Assembly (NCBI GenBank): GCA_964016885.1
Contig: OZ024743.1
Span: 281,542,001-281,606,000, forward strand
Length of the DNA: 64,000 bases
Direction of reading: 5' to 3'
From: Eledone cirrhosa
Taxonomy: Eukaryota
Part shown: positions 26,534 to 39,838 of the stretch, one piece after another
Numbering within the stretch: position 1 is the stretch's first letter
Layout of the letters: each line of letters opens with the position of its first letter
Notes under the pieces: generated by a model
The model's database searches: none
Told to the model about the DNA's origin: nothing
Seen by the model: the letters and a program-made list of their open reading frames with translations, nothing else
Position numbers and translations under genes: made by a program

Positions 26534-28627
26534 AAAGGCTACTAAATGAGGAGAATAAATGGGAGAAAGACAGTCTCCCCCATATCGACCCAATAGAGGG
26601 ACCAGCAGTGTTAGTCGAGGGGAGTATAATAAGTAAGGCAAACAAGGATATGAAGACGGGTAAGGCGGCTGGGCCTTCGGAAATAGTTGCTGAGATGCTG
26701 AAGGCATCTGGCACGGTGGGACACACCATGGTCACCCGCATAGTTAACCAAGTCGTACAGAATGGGGTTGTTCCGAAGGACTGGCATAGCAGCATCATCG
26801 TTAACTGTTATAAGGGTAAAGGAGACGCCCTAGATAGGAGTAACTATAGAGGCATTAAATTAATCGACCAGGTCATGAAGGTCACGGAAAAAGTAATAGC
26901 GCAACTAATCAGAGAGAGAATTTACCTAGATGAAATGCAGTTCGGGTTTGTGTCAGGCAAAAGTACCACAGACGCTCTTTTCATTGTACGACAACTACAG
27001 GAGAAGTACCTAGCTAAAGGTAAACCCCTCTACTTAGCTTTTGTCGACTTGGAGAAAGCCTTCGACAGAGTCCCCCGCTCCATTATCTGGTGGGCTCTTA
27101 GAAAACTAGGCGTTGACGAATGGCTTGTGAGAGCTATACAAGCCATGTATAAAGAAACAGTCAGCAAGGTTAGAATTAACAACGAATATAGTGAAGAGTT
27201 TAGCGTAAAAGTTGGCGTCCATCAGGGCTCTGTTCTCAGCCCCCTACTATTATTGCCCTTCAGGCTATAACAGAGGAGTTCAAGACCGGCTGCCCATGGG
27301 AACTCCTATACGCAGACGACCTGACACTCATAGCGGAATCAATGGCCGAGCTAGAGAAGAAATTCCAAACATGGAAGCATGGCCTAGAATCAAAAGGACT
27401 TAAAATTAACCTGGCTAAGACTAAAGTTCTAGTTTGTAGGAAAGAAAATAAGGCGGCGGTCCCTTCTGGGAAATGGTCGTGCTCGGTGTGTAGGAAAGGC
27501 GTAGGTAGAAACTCCATTTTATGTCCTAAATGCAAAGTATGGGTGCATAAAATATGTAGTGGGATCACAGGTAAGCTAACTAAGAACATAGATTTTACAT
27601 GTGGCCGGTGCTCTGGTGCAATAAGTAGCAGCAAGTGCCCACAAAATACTAGCTCTTTCAATTGCGCAGAGGGTTCTATAGAAATAGTGGACAGTTTCCG
27701 TTACCTGGGTGATAAAATCAGCAGTGGGGGAGGGTGCTCTGAAAGTACAGTAGCTAGAGTCAGAACTGGTTGGAAAAAGTTCAGAGAGCTTATACCACTA
27801 TTAGCTGCTAAAGGGTTCTCCCTAAAAATGAAAGGCAGGTTGTACGATGCCTGCATACGAACAGCAATGTTGCATGGCAGTGAGACACGCAGACTAGAGA
27901 GGAACGAAGCTTGCATGCTCCGCTGGATGTGTAACAGTAATATATGTGAACGGCAAACCATAAACGAACTAAGGAAAAAATTAGAAATAAGAGGGATCAG
28001 ATGTTGTTTACTCGAGAGAAGGCTACGTTGGTATGGACACGTGATGCGCATGAAAGTCAATAGCTGTATAACAAAGTGCAGGGCAATAAAGATAGACGGT
28101 AGCCACGGAATAGGCAGACCTAGAAAAACCTGGGACGAGCTGATAAACTCCGACCTCACACACTTACACCTCTCCAAGACAATGTCACTGGACCGAGACC
28201 TTTGGCGGTACTCAGTAACAGAGAAGACCCGCCTTACCTAAATACATAGTAAAACCTACTACAGCCAGTAGGCATCTAACAAAATACCCACCACCCCCAA
28301 CCCATCCACGCCACCCCGTTCTATGTAAAGTTGTGTTGGTGCCACACCATCCAGGCCGAAACAAATGAGATCGTGTAGGTGTCACGACAAAAAAACACAC
28401 AGTCCACGCTGTAATGTGGCCGTGTAGGCAACACGGTAAAAACCTCCCAGCCCCACACTGTAAATGTGGTTGGTGTTAGGAAGGGCATCCAACTGTAGAA
28501 AACCTGCCAGACAGTCCTATGCGAGCAAGACAATCACTCTTGCCTCAAGTGGGACTACCCCCGTCCAAACCCATGCAAGCGTGGAACACGGACGTTAAAC
28601 GGTGATGATGATGATGATGATGATGAT
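26534..28627 (+). mobile_element. 5'-truncated RTE-clade LINE with PHD-like finger, (GAT)n tail
   Basis: KGKGDALDRSNYRGIKL, AFVDLEKAFDRV, GVHQGSVLSP, LLYADD, FRYLG, MLHGSET, RLRWYGHV; one frameshift near 27250; tail ggacgttaaacggt(gat)n. Confidence 0.95.
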
Positions 28628-28674
28628 ATATATCCTTAATAGATACAAAAAGAATTAATTTGTTTTTTACTTAC

Positions 28675-28741
28675 CTTCCTTTGCTTTGCAGAATAATTTG
28701 GGATAATCTTTTGGTATTTCATCCAAGCACATTGGACAAAT
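28675..28741 (-). CDS. TEP/A2M-like exon, start of NTR/C345C-like domain
   Basis: taacag| ICPMCLDEIPKDYPKLFCKAKE-V |gtaagt. Confidence 0.85.
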
Positions 28742-30515
28742 CTGTTAAATAAAGAACCATAAAAATTAGCTTTTAATTTAGTTTTTATGATGAAAAATAT
28801 TTAGTGATTTGGCCTCAAAATGGTGTACAATGCTGAAGCCTGCTGAAATGGACTATAACTTAATTCCTTTAAGAATTTCTGATAAAGAAAGGAAGTCTTG
28901 AAAGAGGAAGACAGACAAAAAAGACCATGCGAATGAAGAGAAGATGCAAAACATCAACCATTGATAAGGTCGCAGGTTGTGATGAAAGGATGTTGACAAC
29001 TAATTCATTGATTAATCGATTGATGGATTAATTATCTGATTATTAAAACTGAAGTGAAATTGAACTGGTGCATGTGTTTTGTTTAGCATAGTATATTCCT
29101 TACAAAATACAGCATGTCATCATTATTGCTTTTATGTTGACTTTTCCATGCTGGCATGGGTTGGATGGGACTTTTGCAACTGGAAACCGTTCCTGACACC
29201 AACCCCTTTAGTTGATTTTTACAACATGCAGAGACAACAGGTGGATTATTAGAGTGACAGAGTGGACATCAAGGCAGTGGAGAAGAACCAGATTGTGACT
29301 AATGGCCAGATGGCGCAATGATCTGACCCAATACTTTGGACTAATATGGCGAGGGAGAGGAAGCGGTGGAGGTCAACAGGAATGAGAAGGCCCTGGATTC
29401 TAAATTGGATGGGATACACACAGTAATTTGTAACCATTATAAATTATAGAATTTGTAATATAAGTAAAATTTACTGCATTCACTCAACAAACCATACTGT
29501 TAGATTTAATACAAGATAAGGATCCCTCAATTTTTCACGTCATCTTTTATTTGTACCAGTTCCAGAGGCCTTGAAAAGGTTCATGAATGCTGACCTTCCT
29601 CTGATTATAATTTTTTTATAAATAGAATAAATAGCATGCTGAACTAATATTTTACTTTAAGATATATTATAATGATGATAATAGTGATAAGATGAACAAT
29701 AATCATCTGTGTATTCTCTTGGTTATGTTACCTTATGACAATGAACAGCAAAGAGGACCTTTTAGTCATGCAGGAGACGATGGCAACATCTATATTGTTG
29801 ATGCCATGATAAAAAAAATGCATCCAGTACACTCTGTAAAGTGGTTGGTGATGAGTAAAGACAATATAAGGGGACCCTTTAGTCTCGATTGTCTAAAGTC
29901 TGTCTTGAGCCCATCAGACTGGTGCTTTCTCCAGTTTCCATGGAGTGAAGTGACAGAGAATAAAACTCACCCCTAGACATGACAGCAGTCCATCGCAGTA
30001 TTAACCCCCTCCCCCAGCTATTACTGGTACTCATTTTCGGCTGAATATACTGGAGCAACATGAAATGAAGTGTTTTGCTCAAGAACACAACTCACAACCC
30101 AGTCCAGGAATCCACAACATTATGATCGTAAGTTCACCACCCTTACCACTAAGCCATGCACCTTGTCAGTCTCAATTATGAGGTCAACTTATTAATCACA
30201 CAGTCATGCCTGTGCTTGTCATTTCCAATTAAAATATTTTGAAAAAAAAGAGGGTATTGTAGTTTGCTTGAAGCATAATATAAAATAATGTTTTGTTTGA
30301 AGGCTACCACTGTAAATTGGGCAATAAATGTTAAAAACATGAGGATAACAAAGATGTTGGGATTTTACCCAACAAAAAATACACAACTCCAAACTAGTTT
30401 CTTCTATTAATTTTTGATGAAGAGATTTTATCCTGAAATATAAGCACCTATAAAGAACTGCAAGGTAACATCAAACAAAACACTATTTTCTAAATTGAAA
30501 AACATTTCAACTTAC

Positions 30516-30805
30516 CTGTTTTTTATGATTCTTTGATACATCAAATGGAACACGTTCCTTATTTGTTTCAGCACTTACATTTGTACTGGAAACTGTGGCT
30601 ACTGGTATTGGTTCAACATACTCTGTGAGAAAACTAACACTGGTTGTTTTCAATGTGATGCTTATTTCAGCAACAGTTTTTCTACGTGGAGAAGTTGTAT
30701 TCAAGCTGCTATTACTACTACTAATAGCTGTATCAATGTTTCTGGTGGCATTTGATAGTAGAGCTGATTCACCACGTTGATTTTCTGGGACAGAGTTGGC
30801 TGTTT
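30516..30805 (-). CDS. TEP/A2M-like exon, Ser/Thr-rich low-complexity linker
   Basis: tttcag| (E)TANSVPENQRGESALLSNATRNIDTAISSSNSSLNTTSPRRKTVAEISITLKTTSVS...NHKKQ |gtaagt; open for 290 nt, phase 1 to 0. Confidence 0.8.
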
Positions 30806-32222
30806 CTGAAAATTCAAACTAAAGTTTACTATATGTAAGATTTTATTTTGTAAAATAGCATTCATTGATTGCGAGAAGAACACAAAAGGTAAAAACAGTC
30901 CTTTAGATCTCACTATGAAGAACTTTACCAACTTGACTGATATAGCACACTGAACCTTGATTTGGGACAGCCTTAACCCTTTAAACCGGCCATATCCGGC
31001 CAGATTCTCTCACCTTTTTCTGTCCAAACCGGTTGTAACTGGCTGCTCATGTTGATGTTAAGGTATTGTTTTCAAAATAAATAATATCAAAATCTTATAC
31101 ACTCGATATTATGTAAGATAATTATGTGAGGTAAAGACTTTACCATGAAAATATAATAATATATAGAGAGTATTGTAAATGCTAAAGGTTAAGCCATATC
31201 TTAGAAGGAAATAAGTGTTTCTAATTTAGGCATAGGACCAGCAATATTTAGGAGAAAAACAAGCTGGTTGTTTAGACTTTAGTGCTTGATTGGTACTTTA
31301 TTTTATTGACCTTGACAGGATGAAAAGTAAGGTTGACCTCAACAGGATTTGAACTCAGAACGTAAAGAGCCAGAAGAAATATGACATTTTTCCAACACTA
31401 ATGATATACTGCCTTTGACAGAAATAATAATAATTTTTTATTTAGGCACAAGACCAGCAATTCATGGGGAGGGGAATGTTGATTACATAGACTCCAGTAC
31501 TTTTCAGGTACTTTATTTTATTGACCTCGAAAGGATGAAAAGAAAAGTTGACCTCCTTGGGATTTGAACTCATAACATCAACCACATTTACAGTATGTGA
31601 TGGGTACTTTTTGTCGTGACACCTACACAACCACTTTACAGTGTGGGTTGGATGTTTTATGATACCAACATAACTTTACAGAGTAAGGGTGGTGTGGGAG
31701 TGTAAGTTTAAGTACCATGCATATATATGCATGTGAAATATAATATTTTAGGGGAGAAAAGATGAGAAGCTGTGACATTCACATTTTTCCTAATGGCATT
31801 AACAATATACATGAAGTGAAAAGGGATTCAACCAGAAACCAAAACAAAGTTATGGACTTGGTTCATTAGGAGTTTTTCCCTTCATTCTTTGAAACTCCAT
31901 TTACCCATGGACTCTTAACTCCTGTTGGAATGATAGGGGAAGTTAAAACCAGGTGGAGCCCATCTTTCTTCAGTTGTGAGAGAGAAGGTGAGAAAGATAT
32001 ATGAAGGAATAAGTGACCCCAGTACTAGACTAGTACTTTATTTACCGACCTTGAAAAGATGAAAAGCAGTTGACTCCAATGAGATGGGATTTGATCTCAT
32101 AGCTCTGATAGCTGGAATGAATACTGCAATGTGTTCTATCTGTCAATTCACCACCTTTTTCTCTGACACTACTATCATATAAATGTTACAAGTTAGTCAG
32201 TTTTATAATTTAAAGGACATAC

Positions 32223-32411
32223 CTGCTTCAGCATTCATATCATTTGAAGCTTTAGATTTTAGCTTCAACAACTTTTTCAACGCCTCTGGTAATTCAACAG
32301 GTTGTCTTTGTTGAGTCAGAGAGTTCTCATATTTCTCTTTAGAAACTTCAGGTAATTCTTCTTTAGTTCCACACGTTGTTTTTAATTTGTACAAGGAATG
32401 ACCAATCACAT
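32223..32411 (-). CDS. TEP/A2M-like exon, end of MG8 and start of linker
   Basis: tttcag| (D)VIGHSLYKLKTTCGTKEELPEVSKEKYENSLTQQRQPVELPEALKKLLKLKSKASNDMNAEA |gtatgt; phase 1 to 1. Confidence 0.85.
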
Positions 32412-34229
32412 CTGAAAAAAAGATAATTAAATGAATCACATTCAGTATGTGTATTAATCCTTTTGTGACCATATTTATAATTACATACGCTGTAAGTCAT
32501 TATAATTAATGAAGATTCTAGAGGGATTTGCTAAAATTGTTAATTATTTCATTATTAAGGTGGTATTTGTAACATAACTTAACAAAATGTTCTTATTTCA
32601 AATTATATTACATTTTAATTTGAATAGGAACCCTTTAAAATGGGTTAAAATGGGCAGTTTTGATTGGATTGATATCAAAAGTGAAGAATTTTAACTTAGT
32701 TAAAACCATTCCTATGATGAAAAGGGGTTGACACATATTTAGTTGACTATTTTCTATAAAAGAACATTTTTGTATACATTCCTATCCTGGTGGGATTGAT
32801 ACACAGCTTGAACATCTGTTGAAAAAACACAGACATGGAAGGAATTCTTGAGATTAGCAGTCTTTGTGAGGAAGGTTTCCATATCTTTGATATAGCTAAA
32901 GGGTCTTCCTGACCCTTTGTAGGCCTATGGCCTGGTTACAAGACACACACATAATTATCATCATTTAAAGTCCGTTTTCCCTCTTTGCAAGGGTTGGATT
33001 GGTTGTCATAGACCAAGCAGGGGACAACATCTCACTTACATGTTACCACATTCTAAAAGGTGCATTTTATTGTGGAACCAGCACTAGTGAGGTTTCCATG
33101 TCTTTGACACAACTGAAGGGCCTCCCTGACACTTTGTTTAGCAGGTTTTCATAGTTGGATGCCTTTCTTACCACCAACAACTTTACAGAGTGTACTGGAT
33201 GTATTTATTGTGTAGATGACCAACAGAGGAGAGGTTATTGTGTTCTCGACACAACTGATAGTCCTCTCAACCTTTTTTTGATGTACTTTCTACAGTGAGA
33301 TTCCCTTCCTATCACCAGACACAGCAGGCATATCTGTGTGGTTAAGAAGTTCCCTTTATAACCATATGGTTTCAGTTACCATTGCAAAGTCTTTTCTACC
33401 TCCAGAATCATGTCAAATGACTAGGACCAGAAAAAAACTAAAAGAAAGAATATATTTAGAGTGGGCCATAATTTAGCTTACTGCTAACAAAGAAACATAA
33501 TAATGGCCTGCATGTAAACAGACAGTATTTCTAACATTTAATGTAGCTATATATAAATATATGAATTACCTAGGTATTACTTTTAGAATAAAGTTTAATA
33601 TCATTATGGTTTCTTTTTATTCACATTTCTCAACTCTGTGTGCATGTGCACATGTGTATGTGTGTGTGTGTCTCTTTCTCTTGCTCTTTCCCCAAGATTA
33701 TACTGGTTTCATGAGAAGTTAAGTACAAGACTTCCCCTTGGATGGGACCCTAGTTAGTTGTAAGGTTAACCACTCACAGCTGCCAATACTCATTTTTCAG
33801 TTGAAAGGATTGGAACAATGGGAAATGAAGTGCCTTGCTCAAGAAAACAATGTGCTGCCTAGTTTGTGGATTGAACTCATGGCATTATAATTGTAAATCT
33901 AACACTCCATACACTAAGCTATGCACCTTTATAGGAATATTAAATTGATTCCAGTACATTATTTTATATTATAATATATTCATTTCAGCTATTGGACTGT
34001 TGTAACACTAGGGCACCATCTTTACTAATTTTTCACCTAGTACTTATTTCAGTCTGGCACACATTTTATTCATGATCTATATTTTTCAAACCAATAAGTT
34101 ACAGGAAGGTGGTAGTAGACCTAATCCAGGTAAAAATGTAGCACTACCCCCCACCACAAGCTGGTAATAGGCCCAGGACAGATATGAAATGTAGACCCCA
34201 TTTCAAACTGTTCATTAAATATTTTAGTA

Positions 34230-35095
34230 ATCATCATCATCATCAACGTTTAATGTCCGTGTTCCACGCTTGCATGGGTTTGGACGGGGGTAGTCCCACT
34301 TGAGGCAAGAGTGATTGTCTTGCTCGCATAGGACTGTCTGGCAGGTTTTCTACAGTTGGATGCCCTTCCTAACACCAACCACATTTACAGTGTGGGTCTG
34401 GGAGGTTTTTACCGTGTTGCCTACACGGCCACATTACAGCGTGGACTGTGTGTTTTTTTGTCGTGACACCTACACGATCTCATTTGTTTCGGCCTGGATG
34501 GTGTGGCACCAACATAACTTTACATAGAACGGGGTGGTGTGGATGGGGTGGGGGTGGTGGTGGTGGGACGGGAGAGTATTTTGTTAGAGATGCCTACTGG
34601 CTGTAGTAGGTTTTACTATGTATTTAGGTAAGGCGGGTCTTCTCTGTTACTGAGTACCGCCAAAGGTCTCGGTCCAGTGACATTGTCTTGGAGAGGTGTA
34701 AGTGTGTGAGGTCGGAGTTTATCAGCTCGTCCCAGATTTTTCTAGGTCTGCCTATTCTGTGGCTACCGTCTATCTTTATTGCCCTGCACTTTGTTATACA
34801 GCTATCGACTTTCATGCGCATCACGTGTCCATACCAACGTAGCCTTCTCTCGAGTAAACAACATCTGATCCCTCTTATTTCTAATTTTTTCCTTAGTTCG
34901 TTTATGCTTTGCTGTTCACGTATATTACTGTTACACATCCAGCGGAGCATGCAAGCTTCGTTCCTCTCTAGTCTGCGTATATCCTCTGCACATAATGCCC
35001 AGGTCTCACTGCCATGCAACATTGCTGTTCGTATGCAGGCATCGTACAACCTACCTTTCATTTTTAGGGAGAACCCTTTAGCAGCTAATAGTGGT
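34230..35095 (-). mobile_element. 5'-truncated RTE LINE, same subfamily as 26534-28627, opposite orientation
   Basis: Near-identical 3' ORF end (...DRDLWRYSVTEKTRLT) and 3' UTR; (ATC)n tail at about 34230. Confidence 0.93.
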
Positions 35096-35117
35096 AAATC
35101 AGTGATAAATATATGTG

Positions 35118-35168
<51 letters not shown>

Positions 35169-36297
35169 TATACATCATCATCATCGTTTTTACGTCTGCT
35201 TTTCCATGGTTGCATGCATTGCTCTTCCATTGTATTTCAATGTATTCTTAGTTAATTTTTAATGGTTATCTTTTAAATGACACTTAAGTCCAGTTGCTGA
35301 TTTACACATGAAGCCACATTTAGTGCAGATGGCAGGATTTTGAGTGGAGCTGCATGGAAGGTTTAATCGAATCTTGGTGTTAGATCACGAAGATGGACCA
35401 GACAAGATTTTCCAAAGTTCTTTACTCCTTCATCGCAAACAGTTCTCCATTTTGTACAGTCAGTAGCTAGGGCTTCAAAAGAAGTAATAGGTATTTAAGA
35501 TTGTACTTCAGTTTATCCTTTATCTGAGTAATGGTCTGCTTACATTACGTGCACTATTATGAAGTTGACAGTATAACAGTATCTTGGATGTGCAGTTCTC
35601 AGTCATTCTTGGGACATGACGAGCTCATCTAAGTTGGGACTGCATCATAAATGACTCAATCTCACCAATGTTGCATCTTGTGAACAGATCGGCATTGGAG
35701 ACTGTCAGAAAGTGCATAACCACAGATAGAGTGAAGACAATGTTTGTGGAATAGATCATGCTTATAAATGTGGGTGCAATAAAGTGTCCATGACTCTGAG
35801 ATGTTTAAAAGTGTTGTCAGTATCACTGCATGATAGACTGCAATTTTTATTTTCAAGGATATACCTCTGACACCTCATAAACATTGATGTAGTTTGCCAA
35901 AGGTGTTCGTTACTTTGGAGATGCAACTAACAATCTCATTATCCAGGGATGGAGAGAGGTTCACCTTACTGTCAAACTAAGTAAATGAGTTCATACACTT
36001 TAGCTCCTTGCCATCAACAGTGATGGGTGTGGTTAGAAAAAGCTATCTCACTTACCGCTTTTCACAGGTGCTGCTAAATTCCACTGCAGGTACTCCTCTT
36101 CCACGTGCGTCCGACTGCTTAACACCGGGAGCTGCCCAAAACTCGCGTCCACACCGTATGCTGGTCACCACTAGAGAGAGGCCCTCTCCTGGCCCTTCCG
36201 GTCGAGCATCCTTCCGGTCAAAGACCCCTTCCGGTCGAGGACTCCCCCCCGCCTCCGGCCACCGCACGCCACACCATACCCACACGCCCCCCTGATC

Positions 36298-39060
36298 TCA
36301 AGGATCAATTTCCCCCTCGTCCCTCTGCATATGAAAGTCTGCCGTCCAGGTCGGCGGTCTACGACTTCGTTGCGATCTTCGTAGTATTGGGGCAGGGCTC
36401 TGGGTTTCCTCTTCCTCGGAGTCCGTCGATACAGTGATTCTTCTTACATCCAGGACATGACGTGGTACCCCGTCCACGGACACATTGTTCTTTGAATTTA
36501 CGGCCGTCACCGTTCCCCTTCCCCATTGAGATGTGCAACGTGCATCTGGGGGCTTAACCCAGACTTCTTCGCCCACCTGCACGAATGCACTCTCTCTCCC
36601 CACTGGCCGTTGTGGTGGCGTGCACGGGTGCTGCCACTCGTATTTGAATACTGCTCTATGTGGCACTGATTCCTCGACCTGTCCAACCTGAGGGGACATA
36701 TTGTACCAGAACACTGCCTCCATTGGTGAGATATGGCCCTGCTCCGCCATTGCCTTGATCGTCCGGTGGTGTCGCTCCACGATTCCATTCCCGCTCGGCC
36801 TGTGCGCCGCTCTGAAGAAACGGTCCACCTTCCATCCATCGAGCATCTCCCTCAGTGCCTCCGAGCGGAACGCTGCGCTGTTGTCCATCAGCAGTTCATC
36901 CACAGGGCCCCGCTCCAAGAACACCTCTCTCAACGTCCGCACGATTTCCTCGGCCGTTCCAGTCTTCATCTCCCTCCATATCGCCATTCGACCTGGTCCA
37001 CAGTCGACCATCGAGAGGTACGTTCCCTGCCGGTAGTGCGTCACATCCACCGCTAATCGCTTCCAGTCGCGATCCACCGGGAGGCTTCCCGTTTCGTGTA
37101 CACCCGGGGCGGGATCAATGGACTGACATCGGACAGCCTCTAACCCCCCCCCCCCGAACACTGTGTCTGCTAACGTCCGAGTCGATTCTCCTGGCTAGGA
37201 ACAGGCTCCTATCCACCCCCATGTGGTGCATGTCATGCAACCCCTTCAGGTCTAACTCGGTCAGCCGACACACGGCAGCTATCTCATCCTCTACCTCCTC
37301 CGGCGCTTCCATCCAGGCTTTCTTCACTCTAGTTAAATGTCCGCCCTATTTTTCTCTGAAGGCACGAACACTACGCTCAGCTTCAGGTCGAACTCGGTGG
37401 CCAGCTCTCCTAACGTTCCCAGGCGGCGCTTTATCAGCATCTCCGACGCGCCTCTCGTTCGCACTCTCTTCTCACTGGTGAGCACTGATCTTACCCATCC
37501 GAGTACGGTAGCCGAGTCGGTGCGAATCTCGATGGTGCGCAGCCCCCACCGCAGGGCAAGGTTCACCCCTCTCAACACCGCGTCCAGCTTGGCCACATTG
37601 ATGTGGCTGCAGTCGTCCTTCTTTCTAAGCCAGGCTGCATCCTCGACCTCAACACCTCTCTCCAACGTGACACCCAGCGCTATGCTGCTGGCATCGCACC
37701 ATACGGTCCCACTCTGCGATTTGGGAACATACCAGCGTCCTCGCACTGGGTCGTCGGCCTTCACCCTCCCCACGATCTCCTGCATCATGGCCACCGTTCT
37801 CTCTCCCACTCTGTCACTCCAAGTCACCCCTCCCGCTCATCTCTTGACATAGCTGCATGCCGTCCGGAGCCACCCAGCGATCGGGTAGTGACCCACCAGC
37901 TTTCCACACACCGAGAAAAGCTCCCGCCTATTCATACTTGGGCCCAGTTCCGGAACTTCGTTTCCCCTCTGGAACACCAAAACGCCCATCTTATCTCGCC
38001 GTAGCCTAAGTCCCAGCGCGGCTCCTCCCTCCAATGCTTCTGATGGCTTCGCAGTCAGTCCATACCTCCGCAAATGGCTCGTGACCTCCGCCGTCGACAC
38101 CACCGACTCGTCCACTAGGATGTCGTCAATGTAGGAGTTAGTAGCCCTCTTTATCTTGTCGGCCCTCCCCAGAGCGGTCTTGAGGACCGCCGCCATGATC
38201 TTCGGTGCGGAGCTCAGCCCGAAACCGAGCCTGGTCAGGCAATATGTCCGGCCCTTATACCTGACCAGCTGATACCGCCAGAGCTTCTCATCTATATGCA
38301 ACTGTAAGTAAGCCGACTTTAGATCCACGATCGCTGAACCCCCCGTCATGCGTCTCCACTCACGCAGGGTTTCCCCACAGACATCCGTGACCTCGCCACC
38401 CATGTGGCATGACACGTGCTCGTTCAGCTCTCGATAGTCCAGCACCGGCCTCACCTTGCTCTTCGTGGGTTGCACCACCGCCATCAACGGCAATACTCCG
38501 CACTTCACCTCCTCCTTCCAGGGAAGCAGTATGCCCTCTTCGATCCATCTCTCTACTTCTTGCTCGAACTCGCTCCTAGCGTTTCCCTTCAATGTGTGTT
38601 GATAGCAGCCCACTTTGGTCTTCAGTGTTGGTGGTTCTCCCTTCCAGTACCACTCAACAACCCATCGCTGCCCATCAAACACGGCCTTGAAGTCCTTGTC
38701 CTGTACAGTGTAAGCGGGGTAATCCTCCTCGTGGGCCTTCTGGTTCTCATGACGTGCACTCACAGCGCATACCGATGCAGCGGCGCCAAACGACACACCG
38801 ACATTGTTCACCATGACGCCCCCTAGACGGCCAATCGCGTCCATGCCCATAACCACGCCAATCCCATCCACCACACTGTCTACCACGATGGCGGAAAGCC
38901 TTATCGTCCTTCCCCGTACCGCTATTTCCATCTTGCTGCGACCTCGGCATTCAATTTTCCTGCCGTCGACTGCCCTTACGCTGCTCTTCCCTCCGCACCC
39001 CCGCAGTCACCAGTGTCGTCATACAGCCCGTATCCATGAGGGCTCGCTGTGGCTTCCCTC
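36298..39060 (-). pseudogene. pol of LTR element (protease, RT, RNase H, integrase), frameshifted
   Basis: Protease ALMDTG; RT KVRPVLDYRELN, DLKSAYLQ, RLGFGL, YIDDI; RNase H WCDAS, HINVAKLDA, RTDS, NRAD; integrase HHCC remnant, LAVDVT, MDNS, NGIVERHHRTIK; split over ORFs 37837-38931, 37333-37827, 37115-37327, 36298-37161. Confidence 0.93.
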
Positions 39061-39096
39061 TCACGAAGACTTCCACCACGGGCAGCGCCGCTACTC

Positions 39097-39838
39097 GTAA
39101 GGGGCAACTACCGGCGCAGTAGTTCCCCTTGGATCGTTTCCCTGGTCTCAGTTAGTAGCGATGTGGCCTGGTCGCTTACACCGGTAGCAAATTATCTCCG
39201 GCTTCGACTCTCTACAGTCTCTAGCCATATGCGGGCCGTGACACCCAAAACAGCGTCCCCTAAATTCGTGCCGAGGTTGCCTCCCTTTGACCATTTCGCT
39301 GCCAGGTGTCCTGAGCCTCCGTAGTCGCTATCGCCGCGACACTCTTTTTGGCATCTTCTGCTATGATCCGGGCTTGTTCCACCAGTGAACGCATTTCCAT
39401 CTCCTTGTACCCCGGGACTTGCTGCAGTTTCACCGCTATGTCGTCCGGAAATCCATTGATGAATGCCAACCGCACCGTGCATTCACATTCCGCCTAGTAA
39501 CTGGCCAACATAGCCAACCGCCTTATTTCCGCTGCGAAAATGTCGACGCGCTCACCATTCCACCTGATTCTTGCCAGCTTAGCAAAAGCCGCCAACGGTC
39601 CCTCGGTGAATGCATCCATCAGTCGCCTCTCAATCTTCTGCACATCTCTTTGGCTGTGCTCGTCCAACTCAAGGAAGAGTACCAATGCGTCGCCCTCGAG
39701 GTACAATGCAATGAGACCGGCCATGTCTTCTATCTTCTGCAAGCCTGCGACCAGCCGAACCTTCCGCAGCCAAGCGACAACATCACCTTCCCCGGTGAAT
39801 GGCCTGATAGCTTCGTTCATCCGTAGTCTTGTTGCCAT
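39097..39838 (-). pseudogene. gag of LTR element with two zinc knuckles
   Basis: MATRLRMNEAIRPFTGEGDVVAWL...; knuckles CFGCHGPHMARDC and CYRCKRPGHIATN* (last Cys mutated to TGA); internal stop at 39494; GGGAAAC slippery site at 39136-39142. Confidence 0.85.
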
